Of a stretch of 64,000 nucleotides of DNA, positions 14,123-26,995 are shown in pieces; the first letter of the stretch is position 1; the number at the start of each line of letters is the position of its first letter. The notes under the pieces were generated by a model. It searched no databases. It was given only the letters and a program-made list of their open reading frames with translations, and was not told the DNA's origin. Source of the DNA: Haliotis cracherodii. Its lineage: Eukaryota. Position numbers and translations under genes: made by a program. The stretch covers positions 18,290,001 through 18,354,000 of the forward strand of contig NW_027266343.1 of the NCBI RefSeq assembly GCF_022045235.1, given 5' to 3'.

Positions 14123-14155
14123 CAAGGCGTACCATCCTTTAGTCACAGACATCAT
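14123..14155 (-). CDS. Candidate alternative first coding exon (MMSVTKGWYAL) of the - strand gene
   Basis: ACCATGATG Kozak context, 11 open codons, and donor TTG|GTGAGT in phase 0, the same phase as the 24547 donor. A purine-rich UTR-like leader lies upstream (to ~14330). Confidence 0.5.
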
Positions 14156-16339
14156 GGTAAACAATCCAAGAAGTGACACAATAAATGTTATCCGTTAGCA
14201 TCAGATAAGAAGTGACCAGTACACTTCACTTCTTCCACTGTGTACTTCTGTACTACGCTCTCTCGCTCTTTGTTCCTTCTGTCTATTCAGCCTCTGCATC
14301 AAGCATCACCGTGGCGACTGACTAGCGGGACAGGCTGAGAGCCAGGCTTGCTGGAGATTTCACCAATTTACTACACATATCCTATTGCAGCCAGCTGAGG
14401 CCATGCAAACTGTGTCACAGACCCTTAGGAACATGTGTGAGGGTTAATTCAAACTCCCATCTGTTTTAAAGCTCATACATTTTCGAATATTCTGGTAACT
14501 ATGACGATGCATGATTCAAGTGACAACTGACCTTTGTTTGACTGTGCTATGGTAATTATCCCTACATGATACGAGTGTTATTCCATAGCTGGTTTGAAAC
14601 AATTTTGTACTTTTATGTAACACTAGACTGGTTTAAATTGTTGACATGTGTTTTTGTAATCTCTTCACCTCCGAAAGCGCAATAGTTGCTCTAAATGTGA
14701 TAAGTTTCAGTCCGAATTACACAGGTTATCAGAAATAAAGATAGATTTAGGATTTATCAGGACAGATGGTTGATATCTTTGTCACATACTATTAACCTCA
14801 CTACAGTCCCAGCCTTATCTTTCTTTCTCAGCAAATGATACATTTTATTGGCCTTTTCCTAATTCATTAATCTAAAGTTACAAACAAATAAAACTCCACC
14901 TCACTCAATAAAAAAAAGGGTGTCATTTTAGATTGAAAGGTAGTTAAAGGGGTCCGGCAGACTAACATCTAATCTCTGAAATGAACATATCGTACAGAAA
15001 AAAAATAGCTGTTAAATTATCTTAATAAAAAATTAATCAAAAGGAGCCCAGAGACTCTCTTCCTGATACTGCAGAAATCTAGACTTGCCAAACATTATAG
15101 ACTTGCATGGGCTGCATTTGATATATTTGTATCAGGGTCTGTAAGACAGACTAGGGGTCCGGGTATTTTGGAGGTATGGAATCAAGGGACCCCTCAATTA
15201 AAACTTTTATTCAGTTATGACAAGGACCCCTTGTCTTTCATGCTAATTTATAACACTGTTTAATGAGATGTACTTGATATAAACCATAATAGATCAGAAA
15301 AATAGATCTAGAAATAATTACTTAGTTCTTAATTATTGCTTTAATATAGTGTTAGGACACAATATATTGGCAATTTTATTTTACAGGCACCAACATATAC
15401 AACACAAACAAACATAAACGATTCCCATAATCGAAGTTTCCATCAACATGATCAAATGTGATGAAGTTAAAATAAGTAATAAAATGTTAACATATTTCTC
15501 AGCAGCAGAAGGTTCAACAGTTGTGACAGCTTATGGCATAAAACTGTGTGGAATTGTCCTTTTGCAACACATAAAAATATTGTATGAACAATTACTCATT
15601 TGATAAAAAAAATGACACGCAACCTGTACAATCGATGCAAACATAAATACTTGGGTCACAATGACCCATCGATGTTAGCTGCTGGTAAAGATGAACTTCT
15701 TTATAGAATGTGACATAATTATGGACAAAATTAAGAGGTGAAATTCTGGAAACTAGGAAAATGTCTTACATCAAACTGACTCACTGTATTCGGAGAACAA
15801 AACACTCAATATGAAGACGCCATTTACAAATATGGATACCTCAAACAAGAACACATGGTGAAGATGTATTCTGATATTGTGATAATGACTTTTTTCATTG
15901 ACCATGTTGACCAGTCAAAGGTGTCCAATTTATTTTGTACATCTGGACATTTGAAAGAAACATGCTACAAAGAATTAAAAATAACAATTACACATTCCAG
16001 AAAGAAGAAAATGCCTGGTAAAAATAGATTTAACCTGCCCTGAAGGAAAGCAAATCTATCAAACACCACCCTATCATGTACATAGGTTTGAATCCTCCTT
16101 CCAATCCCCGCCCCCTGTGGCCCAGGCATACATGTATGTGAGCCAGTAGACAGTGGGGAGATCATGTCTAAACATTTGCACTGCCCACATTGTGGAGGAG
16201 CATCTGTATGAATAGTGATGTTCGCTTTTATACTGATCTCTTGGGTCAACAATGCCTGTGACACAAGAGCATTCTGCTCTTGTCAATAAGCAGTTTGGGG
16301 AACAGTGGGGGCTGTCCTGGAGACATTGAAGTGAGTACT

Positions 16340-16740
16340 CAGTGCTGAAGCATGACATACGCTTCAATCTGAGCAGAGATGCTGCAGCGTGTACTCAGGG
16401 GTGCTGAAGCATGGGATATGCATCAATCTGAGCATAGATGCTGAAGTGAGGGATACGCATCAATCTGAGCATAGATGCTGAAGTGAGGGATAAACATCAA
16501 TCTGAGCAGAGATGCTGAAGCATTGGATACGCATCAATCTGAGCAGAGATGCTGAAGTGAGGGATACACATAAATCTAAACAGAGATGCTGAAGCATTGG
16601 ATACGCATCAATCTAAACAGGGATGCTGAAGCATTGGATACGCATCAATCTAAACAGGGATGCTGAAGCATTAGATACGCATTAATCTGAGCAGAGATGC
16701 TGAAACGTGTACTCAGAGATGCTGAAGCATGAGATACTCA
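16340..16740. repeat. ~37-bp minisatellite, ~10 copies
   Basis: Unit similar to GCTGAAGCATTGGATACGCATCAATCTGAGCAGAGAT. Confidence 0.88.
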
Positions 16741-17524
16741 TTGATGAGTTATAATATGCTGTACACTAAGACCTTAGTGCATGATGTTTAATAGATAACA
16801 ACCATCCCTTAATACACTGTGACAGTATACATACAATACAAAATTCTTATAACCACAAACAAAGTGAATGACAAAGACAAGTGATTGTCTGACTGATGCA
16901 ATGTTTTGAAGACAGCAGAGTTTTGCCAGTTGGAAAGTATGGCATCCCAAACACACAGAAATTTAAATTGAACAAAAATAATACATACTGTGGAAACAGG
17001 ATGTAAATTACATCTGTTTGCGAAATTAAACTTGTTGAATTGCCGCATCCACATCATATACACACCAGGAACTGACATTTCTATTATTTTAATAAATACA
17101 ATCAAACTTCACACTATCCATTTCTGATTTTCTTCACTCAACATACTCAAGCACTGACTTGTGTTTCAGTTAGTGCAGGGCTTCAGAGAAGGTACAATTA
17201 TTAATGTGACATTATTAAAGTTGAGTGTGCCAGATGTCAACTGACTGTAGATGTCAAGTAGGTCACAGTAGTCACTGGGCCCTTCAAGAAGTATGCCTGA
17301 GAGTCCTCACAGAACTAACAACTAGATATACCCAGGTAACCCTAGTCTGTCTTATAGACCTGATACAAATATATCAAATACAGCCCATGCAAGTCTATTA
17401 TGTCTGGCAAGTCTAGATTACTGCAGTATCGGTATCTGAAAATGAAGAGTGTCTCTGGGCTCCATTTTATTATATTTTTACTAAGACAATTTAACAGAGA
17501 CTAGATGTTAGTCTAAGGTAACCC

Positions 17525-18135
17525 CTGTTACAGGGAAACTCGGCACCACAGGGTAAGTTGACATAACAAGGAAACATGGCACCACAAGGCAAGTTGACAT
17601 TACAGGGAAACTTGGCAACACAGGGCAAGTTGACATTACAAGGAATCTTGGTACCACAGGGCAAGTTGACATTACAGGGAAACTTGGCAACACAGGGCAA
17701 GTTGACATTACAAGGAATCTTGGTACCACAAGGCAAGTTGACATTACAGGGAAACTTGGCAACACAGGGCAAGTTGACATTACAAGGAATCTTGGTACCA
17801 CAGGGCAAGTTGACGTTAGAAGGAAACTTGGCACCACAGGGAAAAGTTGACATTACAAGGAAACTTGGTACGACAGGGCAAGATGACATCACAAGGAATC
17901 TTGGTACCACAGGGAAAGTTGGCATTACAAGGAAACTTGGCACCACAAGGCAAGTTGACATTACAAGAAATCTTGGTACCATAGAGCAAGTTGACATTAC
18001 AAGGAAACTTGCAATCACAGGACAAATTTTGAAAGGGAAACTTTGCACTATAGGGAATCTTTGCACTATAGGGAATCTTGGCACTATAGGGAATCGTGGC
18101 ACTATAGGGAATCTTGGTGCTACAGGGCTTTGGCA
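17525..18135. repeat. 36-bp minisatellite grading into 18-bp units
   Basis: Unit GGCAAGTTGACATTACAAGGAAACTTGGCACCACAG, then GGGAATCTTGGCACTATA. This explains the repetitive ORFs on both strands. Confidence 0.92.
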
Positions 18136-19487
18136 CTTCAGGGACACTTGACACAAAAGTAATTTGGGTTAGGACAAACAATTCCCAAGCATAGTTGGGA
18201 CATGTCACCCACCACAAGGCCATACAGTTTACCTATTCAAGCCAGGTCTTCCCCTTGTAGAAAACTCTCCTTCATAGATTTATTATCTAGGAAGACAAAG
18301 CAGACTAAATATTCCTCAATCTTAATTGTTTAAAAAAATGATTGAAAAAGAATTGTGATCAAGTACTGAACTGTTTCATGAAAAGTCCATATTATTTACA
18401 TGTATGTATACAACATTTAATATGTTTACTGTCAATCTGCTTCTACACTGGAAATCTTTTTATCACTGATCCTCCAAGAATATCAAACAGAAGGTTTTTT
18501 CTGTATTTTTCCCCCTCAGTGTACACCATGATAAATATTTCTTATCTTATATCTCTTTTCCAGTTTCCAGCCTGGCTAGGCCATGCTGCTTCTTCTATGT
18601 TCAAGGTTAGGCCGATTCCTGGCCACAGATATGAGATAATATATATAAGAAAAGGAGTACCGGTATGTACTGAAGAGAGGGGGGAACAGCTGAAGGGAAA
18701 GTCATCCCATTCCATCATTCCCCAAACTGCAAAACTTGGAATATAACGATGTCTATGAATGATTTGATTCACAAAAGAGTGATACCCTTGCAAATTGTTT
18801 TTGTTCCCTGTTAATATTTTTTTAAAAGTGGAATTGTGTTGGACAGTATTTTAGTCAAGTTGTCAACTTACTATGGAGGGGAAGTTTATTTAAAATGACA
18901 CAGGTCAAGGGTTCAAAAATCCCACTGTCCACAGCTTGGACAAGTGAATTTAAATTGAGGAAGGTAAGTGGATCATTTCAACTTGGAGGTCAACAAATCC
19001 GTAATGAAGTACACACTTTATCCCTACTGTTACGCTGGTTATAAAGAGTGTTCAGAGTATTGATCTGGCTTGACGTTTTCAATCCAATTCATTAATATTT
19101 TTGAAACTTTAATTTGGGTAAACTGCTTGTGGAACTTATCTGCAATGTATTTCACTTCATTTGATGATAAATTTGGGGCAACCTGACCGTTATTCAGTTA
19201 AGCAGAAACTGGACATTTATGATTACTTAGAGTGAATATCTTCCAAATGTCCCATTCAACATTATTTCTTTACACACAGCCCTCAGTGAGACTTTTTACT
19301 ATTTAGTGAGCCACAACTTGGATGTGCAAACCAGTTTTATGTCAACCTATGACATGAGATATCCTCACTTACTGACTAGTTATGACACTGATATCAGTAA
19401 AACCTTGTCACAGATTCTGAAGTAGGAGTACACCATACATCATGTATATTGCAATACAATTATATGTATTACCATACAGGCCTTGTT

Positions 19488-19680
19488 AGCCTTGCTCCAA
19501 GGCTGTACTGAATGAGTCCAAGGGTGTATTGTAATTCTTTCCTTATATTAGGCAAGTCTAGATGTACGAATAGTATTAAGATGTCAGTCTTTTATAGGGA
19601 CAACTTGCTCTTATTCATATAATCTCGAAATTATGATTTAAACTAATAATGATTTGCCTAAGAGACTTGTGCAAGTCTAA
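19488..19680. mobile_element. Dispersed ~190-bp element (inverted copy at ~3348-3531)
   Basis: TAGCCTTGCTCCAAGGCTGTACTGA...GTGCAAGTCTA matches 3348-3531 in reverse complement. Confidence 0.72.
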
Positions 19681-20845
19681 AGCCTTGTGTACCAGATTGT
19701 TTCCAATACACACAATATATAAAACAGTCACAGAAGAAACCATTTAATTTCTCCATCACTCATCAAAATGGAATTCAAATGAGAAACTATCATACCATCA
19801 CTGACCACAGTAAACAGATACTTACATCTCTGGTGATACAAAATGTGTGACATTGTTTGAATAACAGGGTGATTTCATAAACACAGAACATTTTATGAGT
19901 TGACCATGCGATAATAATTACATCACATATAAAAAAGGGTAATCACAGTTAATATATTAACATCATAGATATATATATTCTCAAGAGGCCAGCTGGTGAC
20001 TGATCATATAATTGAGATGGCCAAACAGTAGACTAACACTTAGTCAATGAAAACATGTCTTTAAAATAATAAAAATATTTTTTGGAAAGAACCTTTCCTC
20101 TTCTACTGTTTATATAGACTTAACTTTCAGTAAAATACAAATACCTAAAAAATATAAATTCCACAGTCATGGTGCAGGACGAGCCAAACAGTATTTTCAG
20201 TATTTTTTGTTCTCAACAAATTAGGATCTGTCGGACACACAGATTAAATTTTATCCCTTATACTCAAATAGGTCATGAAATGCTCTACCCAGTTAGGAAA
20301 TGCTATTTCCCGTTTGCTCTTTGCCTGTTGACTTAAGTTATTTTCACTCTTTAATAATGTAAATTTACATGACTCAACATGTCAACACTACTTGAAACAT
20401 ACATGGATAATTTAAAGGTAGGTGTATATGATATAGTAACCACACATGATTTGAGCATGATGTGCAGGTTTGTTGATACACAGCTTTATCCTCATGGTCA
20501 TGATTATAGGCTAAATAAGAGACAGTTTGATGAGACAACACTTATTCCGCTATCAGGTAAAATCAAGACACCATACACGCCATAGTGCATGTTATAAATA
20601 GCAATGAAAGACAAAAGGTCTTGTGTACAAACCAAAACTATCTCTGGTGGTAAAAGTATTTACCATGGTTACCGATCCATCATACAACATGTACAATGTA
20701 ACAATTTTATGTAAAATAATTGACTGACAAATCAATAGGTCTACATGCAGATTGCAACATTATCTAGAACATAATTTTAGCCTTGTTTGGTGGTTGTCAA
20801 CACAGTCATTTCATTAGAAGCTTTTCAAGTCCAAATTTGGACATA

Positions 20846-21193
20846 CCATATTCGACTGGGGCGCTCTTAAAATTAGAAACAATGGGCTCTTATTAGAGTA
20901 TAATTTTGGTGAGAGAGAAAAAAAAAAACGAGTTGAAAGTTTGTAAATTTCATGTTAATGCTGACAGCTTGAAATGATACAAAAGAAAAGTATGTGCGTA
21001 TCATACACGACAGATATATTTTCCAGAATTTAACTGCCTCTAATCAAGGGTGCATATAAAACACGAATGTGTATTATACACGAATAAATAAGTCTTGTGT
21101 ACATTGATCAATCAGAAGGGGTGCTAAATGGGATTGTTCACTAGCCAAAATACTAGCAAATATCGTTGTGGGCGCTTATTACGTTGAATATGG
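20846..21193. mobile_element. Tc1/mariner-type MITE (same family as 36804-37136)
   Basis: Collinear similarity and TA flanks. Confidence 0.8.
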
Positions 21194-22844
21194 TAATACA
21201 CAAATCCATGGGAACACAGAACTAGCGACTGTGTTCAACCATTTGGTATGGTATACTGATAACTCCAATATCAGTATTTAATAAGTGAGTGAGTGAGGTG
21301 AGTTTGGTTTAACTCTGCTTTGAACAGTACATCAGTTATATGACAGCACGTCAGCTTGATGTTGGAAGAAAGCCAGAATGATGCAGGCCTCCGGCATTTT
21401 CTGGTCACTGACCAGTTATCACCATTTTTTTCAAGTTATTTCTGAAATATTCGGTGTACAAAGTTAACTGTGCAAACAACTTTGATTTGTGTGAAACTAA
21501 AAGCAAATGCGCATATTTCTGTCCATAAAAAAAAAATCAGTAAATTTCTGTTATAAAATGACAACAGGGAATCAAGACAGTGGAAATAGAAATTTCTCGC
21601 CAACCAACTGTACCAGTTTTTGCCATCATCTAAACAGCATGTGCCACATGATCATGTGCACCGCTTCAGTTCTACAAATTACATTTTCTAGTTTCTCTGT
21701 TATCACCACTCTATTTTTATATTTATTACAATTAATAGAAAATGCTTTTATCAATTTGTTGTCCGCAAACTGATGTACACCAATATTCCCCAAATCTGAT
21801 TTACACAGGCTTATCCTCAACGCTATGAACTATGACTTTTGTGATATATACAGGGTTATGCATTTTTGGAAAAATAGCTCAATTAGGTTTTAGAATCATA
21901 ATTTGGCGAAGAAATGTCAGACAGATAGTAAGCTATAAGTATAACAGAACTAACTGTGCATCATCTTGTTGTTGGATTTTTGTTTAAGCAAGAAATAGTC
22001 ACGTGACACCTCCCATGTGTCACTTCTAAAGTTGTATTTGAGCAAGGTGATTATAAGGTTTGTTTTTTAATATTTCTTCACAAGAGTCGGTTTTGTTCAT
22101 CATTTTTGGATAAACATTTCTCTCTTCTAATGAAACCGAGCAAAAGTAAAACGAAAAGCAATCACTTGCGTGCTATAACTGGGAGCTGGTGATAATTGGT
22201 CGACAGCGATAACTGGTTGCTAGCCAGTACCACTTTGGGTATGGTGTTGAAAAACCAGAAACGTAATCAGGATGAATCTGGGATTCAAACCCATGATCAA
22301 AAGATTGTGGATGACATAACATGCACAACTGAAGCAACTCTGCAAACCAAATTGCAGTGCCTTAGAGGTTCTACCACTCTAAATCAGAATCAGTAGTTCC
22401 CCCAGTCCCTTTCGTAGAGAACTTTCACTGCAGATTGAGACAACTGGCAGTTATGACTGGAAGATATTGTGTAAGATTTTTTTGTATTTTAAACCATTCA
22501 GAAATGAAAAGTGGCATATATCTTTTCTATATTTAGTGCTGTCTTTTTCAACATGATCATGATGATGACTTATGCTGAATGTGACCTCAGATATTTACAA
22601 GCTACATTTGGTGCGGAACAAGAGGTGGTGCGTTTAGCTTCCTACTCGGAAAAGGAACAGCTAAGCTAGCCATTTATTTTGTTTTTATTGCTGCTTTGAG
22701 CATGTTGAGGCCAGACTGTGCAGGCATGTGAATGTAATAGCTGGTGAATGAAACATTTGGTTTTGTGTAACCTAGATGGATGAACCACCCCTGCCCCTAG
22801 TGCATGAGTGAGTCGGGTGAGATTTAATGATGCTTTGATTTTGG

Positions 22845-23104
22845 TTTGGTTTGTTGTTTAACGTCTCACTCAGCAATATTCCAACTATATGACAGTGGTC
22901 TGTAAATAATCGAGTCCGGACCAGACAATCCAGTGATTGATATCATGAGCATCGATCCATGCAATTGGAATTGATGACATGCATCAACCAAGACAGCAAG
23001 CCTGACCACTTGATCCTGTTAGTCGACTCTTACGACAAGCATAGTCGCCTGTTGCGGCAAGCATGGGTTGCTGAAGACCTATTCTATCCTGGATCTTCAC
23101 AGGT
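22845..23104 (-). mobile_element. SINE-like family B, full length, no tRNA head
   Basis: Sense strand starts ACCTGTGAAGATCCAGGATAGAATAGGTCTTCAGCAACCCATGCTTG, and ends ATATTGCTGAGTG..CGTTAAACAAC(AAAC)n. Confidence 0.88.
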
Positions 23105-24546
23105 CTAATGATGCTATGAACAGGTCAACGTGGGAGGCAAGTTCAAAGTGATAGAAGCTGAAGATGTTTTCCACATGGCAGCAATGGGATGATGCTGACA
23201 GACAAAGGATCAACAATACCATGAAATGTGTCGTAGGTCAGATTAGTGTCAGACACCCTGGTTGCTTTTGTTGTTCATGCTTATGGAAACAACATTATTT
23301 ATACAACATAGCATCAACTCTCTTGTTAACAGGACACACTGATCCTGTTATTGAACAAGGGCTACACAATGGGTACACTGTGTGCAGACTAACATTTCTT
23401 AGTAATCATATGGTAAACGTACAGGTCATGTAATAAAACCATGTATTATGTTGAGCCTGCTGTACCATGTTAGCCTGTCATACAGACCCTGAAACAAATA
23501 TATCCAATACAGCCAATGCAAGTCTAGTTTACTGCAGTTTCAGGCTGGAGAGTCTTTTTATTATATTTTATTTAACAACTTTTTTTTCTGTAAAAACTAT
23601 TCATTACAGAGAGGAGATGTTTGTCTAGTACCATGTGTGTGTTCCGTCAGAAGGAGGGTCTGTGTCATTATGTAAGGTCAAACTCCCTGATCATCACAAG
23701 CAGGACAAGAACTTGAGTCAGGATACTTTCCATCCACCATTAAATAGTTCAGTGTCTCCTGTGAATGTCATAAATCTCTAGTGCTGTGCCTGCTAAAACA
23801 TACCCAAAGGAATTTCCCTGTAGTGTAGTCATCATGCTCATCAGGGATAGAAACTTCAAATTCACACTTACTGGTAACTGACAGGTTCTAGGTTCTAGCA
23901 GGGAGTACATATAAATATGGTATATTTTCCCCCGGTTCAGCATGTTCAGTTAGTTAAGTATATCTACTTAACAAACATTATATTTGGCATGTTTGGGATT
24001 ACACTTTCTAAGTCGAGTATAAATTCCAGTACTTTTGGGGGTTTGGGTCGAATCTGGGATTTGAACCCACACTCTGAGAGTGGGACACCTAATCCCCATA
24101 CACAAATCAGCAATCTATATGTCTATATATCTTTTTAAATCATCTCATAGCTGTCAATGGTCATAATAACCCAGCTGCTGTTATCTAATTTGTATTGGCA
24201 GCAGTGTGATTATATCCATATGTCTAACTGTTAAAATCCATGTCCGCCAATGACATGTTCCTGTCCTACTAGCCAGCTAGCCTGAATGAGATTGTTGTTG
24301 TGTCTGGTAAACATTTCAGGTTAATTTTACCACTGTTTATCCTGTTCATTATGATATTCACTACAATTGCACACTGTTTTTACCTTGACTGTATTTGTTC
24401 TGCTGGACACACCCACTGATGCTGATGTGTTATAATATACCCTACCCCCACCTTTTGCTTTTGTTGTAAGCATATAGTTTATCAACAACAAACAAACAAC
24501 CAGTAATCGGAAGTGTTTCATTAGTTAAGCATTATTTAACACTTAC

Positions 24547-24698
24547 CCTCTTAGCCTTAACTACAGTCTTGGTGATGTTCTTCTGGTTCTTTCCGATGGA
24601 GCGAAGGACGTTGAAGTTGTTCCTGTCTATGGAGTAGTCTTGTCTGTTCTTTAATCTGTGTTTTACCAGGTTAGTTGACATACGGCGCTTGAAAGTGC
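24547..24698 (-). CDS. Divergent gene exon 3
   Basis: Acceptor TTCTACTTGACAG|GC, phase 1. Encodes GTFKRRMSTNLVKHRLKNRQDYSIDRNNFNVLRSIGKNQKNITKTVVKAKR. Donor AGG|GTAAGT, phase 0. Confidence 0.75.
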
Positions 24699-24961
24699 CT
24701 GTCAAGTAGAACATATGTACATTCAAAGTTCTTGGACTTATCTAAATTTCTACATGATCAAACCGAGCACATATCTTATTTGGAAAGTTTTCAGTAAACT
24801 TGTGTGCATCGTTTATATCTCTTGGGCTCCCGCTAACCCCTGGATCCATTCCATGGTTCTCGTGATCTCAAATATTTGATTTAATATTGATTTTCATTAG
24901 CCACTTTGATTTTCTCCGCTACTCATTCTAACCGACCAATCACGCAAACCAGCCTAAAGTA

Positions 24962-25130
24962 AGTGAGTGAGTGAGTATTGTTTTACGCCGCTTTTAGCAA
25001 TATTCCAGCAATATCACAGCGGGGGACACCAGAAATGGGCTTCACACAATGTACCCATGTCGGGAATCAATCCCGGGTCTTCGGCGTAACCAGCGAACGC
25101 TTTTACCACTAGGCTACCCGACCGCCCCCC
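24962..25130 (-). mobile_element. SINE family A, full length
   Basis: 13-bp TSD CCAGCCTAAAGTA. Confidence 0.93.
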
Positions 25131-26360
25131 CCAGCCTAAAGTAGGGTTGGGGATACAATGAACATGGTGGCCATGTGCCAGTCCCCCAGGGGTTAGTGTA
25201 GGATCACCGAAATGTGACCCTGTAGATATAGAGGGTGATGTGTGTGACAACCATGAAGCCTGCAAACCAGTGATTGTCAACATAAGCAATCACCAATAAT
25301 GTCCAGGCATGATGAAACACAATCACAAATATTCTATAAAAAAAAAAATGCTGAGAGGCTTGTTTGACTAGCATGGAGTACTGGGTACCTGTTCTCTCCT
25401 GAAATACCCATGCAGGAAACTTTTATAACATATATTAACATGTCTATTATAAGTCAACCCTTGGGTTAAAAAAAAGAGTTTCTAAAACAATTGAAAATAC
25501 AGAACATTTCACAAGCTTGATGTGCTCTTTATTTATATTCATGCCCATCAGCATGTACATTGAAAAAGTTACACTTTTGTTAAAAGGTTTTGAAGATGAT
25601 AGTGGGAAATGATTTCCAGACAAAAATTGGCAGACAAAGGAGTAGAATGTCTTGCATGTCTAGATTGATAATTGGAATTATCGTCGATGTGAAGAAATAT
25701 TAACGAAATGAAAATTGTGTCATCAATAATATCTTACATAAACTACTGTGTTGAAATTAAGTTTAAATTTTCTGAAACAGACTAGTCACTTGTTATTGTC
25801 AATCATGTGACAAAATTGTGAACCGATGGTGATTTCAGGTTAGAATTGGTCCCTAGCAACTTATGCTGGATGTAAGAGTCGACTTTATGGAACAGGTGGT
25901 TAGGCTTGGTGACTGGGTTGATGAGTTGATTGTCTACAACCTGCCATCATATTAAACTAGCTAGAATATTGCTGAATGCAGCGTTAACATGGTTAAAACA
26001 TTTTGTTTGTCATTGTTAATTATTGCCACAACATTATCACGCAAAACTAACAGATTACCTGTTCAAATAAACAAATAGACGATAATACATAAAGTAGGGC
26101 TTAGACACCACTTGTAGTACACAACAATTCTGTTTGCTTTCAAGCTATCATTTATAATCACACTCACTTCAAAAACACCTATGGCCCCTTTTTAGATAAG
26201 ATAAGGGATCAAGATGTCTCCAAAATTTGGAAGGAAAGGGAAACACAAAATAACAAACAGTCACTACTAATTTAAGTTCAAATATAGTAACATAACTAAA
26301 TAAATACAGGTTTCTTCAAATATGAGCACATACACAAGCAACCTTTAACAGATGTTTGTT

Positions 26361-26530
26361 TAAGAATTGACCTTCACTTTGTGTGAGTTCATTGGAGTAT
26401 GAACCTTCATAGAGTGAGGGCCAAACTGTATGAACGTCGGAGCTTGCGACGATGTTCATACAATGTTTGGCCCTCACTCTATGAAGGTTCATACTCCAAT
26501 GAACTCACACAAAGTGAAAGTCAATTCTTA
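26361..26530. repeat. Long near-perfect palindrome (~66-bp arms plus inner stem)
   Basis: TAAGAATTGACCTTCACTTTGTGTGAGTTCATTGGAGTATGAACCTTCATAGAGTGAGGGCCAAAC and its reverse complement, with one mismatch. Confidence 0.95.
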
Positions 26531-26995
26531 TAATTTTTTATCACAATTTCTTACCTCAAAGGATGTAGGCCAAGATCTAAACACAATTTTATTTAGTACG
26601 TGTGACTTCATGTTTACACTGACAGCCATACAACAACCAGCTATATCGCGGAGTAAAATAGTTCCTCAAAAAGAGAGGTGACAACGAGGATATTTGTGAA
26701 CAATCATGCAGTCACGCTCTCTGACATTTCTCAATGTATACTGAAACGCCAAGAATAAAGGTTCTAAATGATCAGAAAGAACGCTTATGTATGTTTTCGT
26801 GCTAGGGAACTCCCAGGGATTTCCCCAGGACTGTGTAAGTAGTCCGTCAGTGTTTACGTCATTTCAAGAACACGATCTCGTGAAAAACGTATGAACGTCA
26901 AATTGTATCGTTCATACACTTATGAACGTCAATTTGGCGGTCATATGACCGACCTCTCGTCCAATGGAAAAGCTGTATATCGTGTAAACAAATTA

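Noticed and set aside
17491-18223. Long repetitive ORFs (191-221 aa) on both strands
   Set aside because: By-products of a 36-bp stop-poor minisatellite. Open in several frames, with no splice or start context.
23872-24402. Two tiny further exons of the - gene (24402-24384 and 23894-23872)
   Set aside because: Phases chain correctly (0 to 1 to 0), but the acceptors are weak and the peptides uninformative. Not supportable without RNA data.
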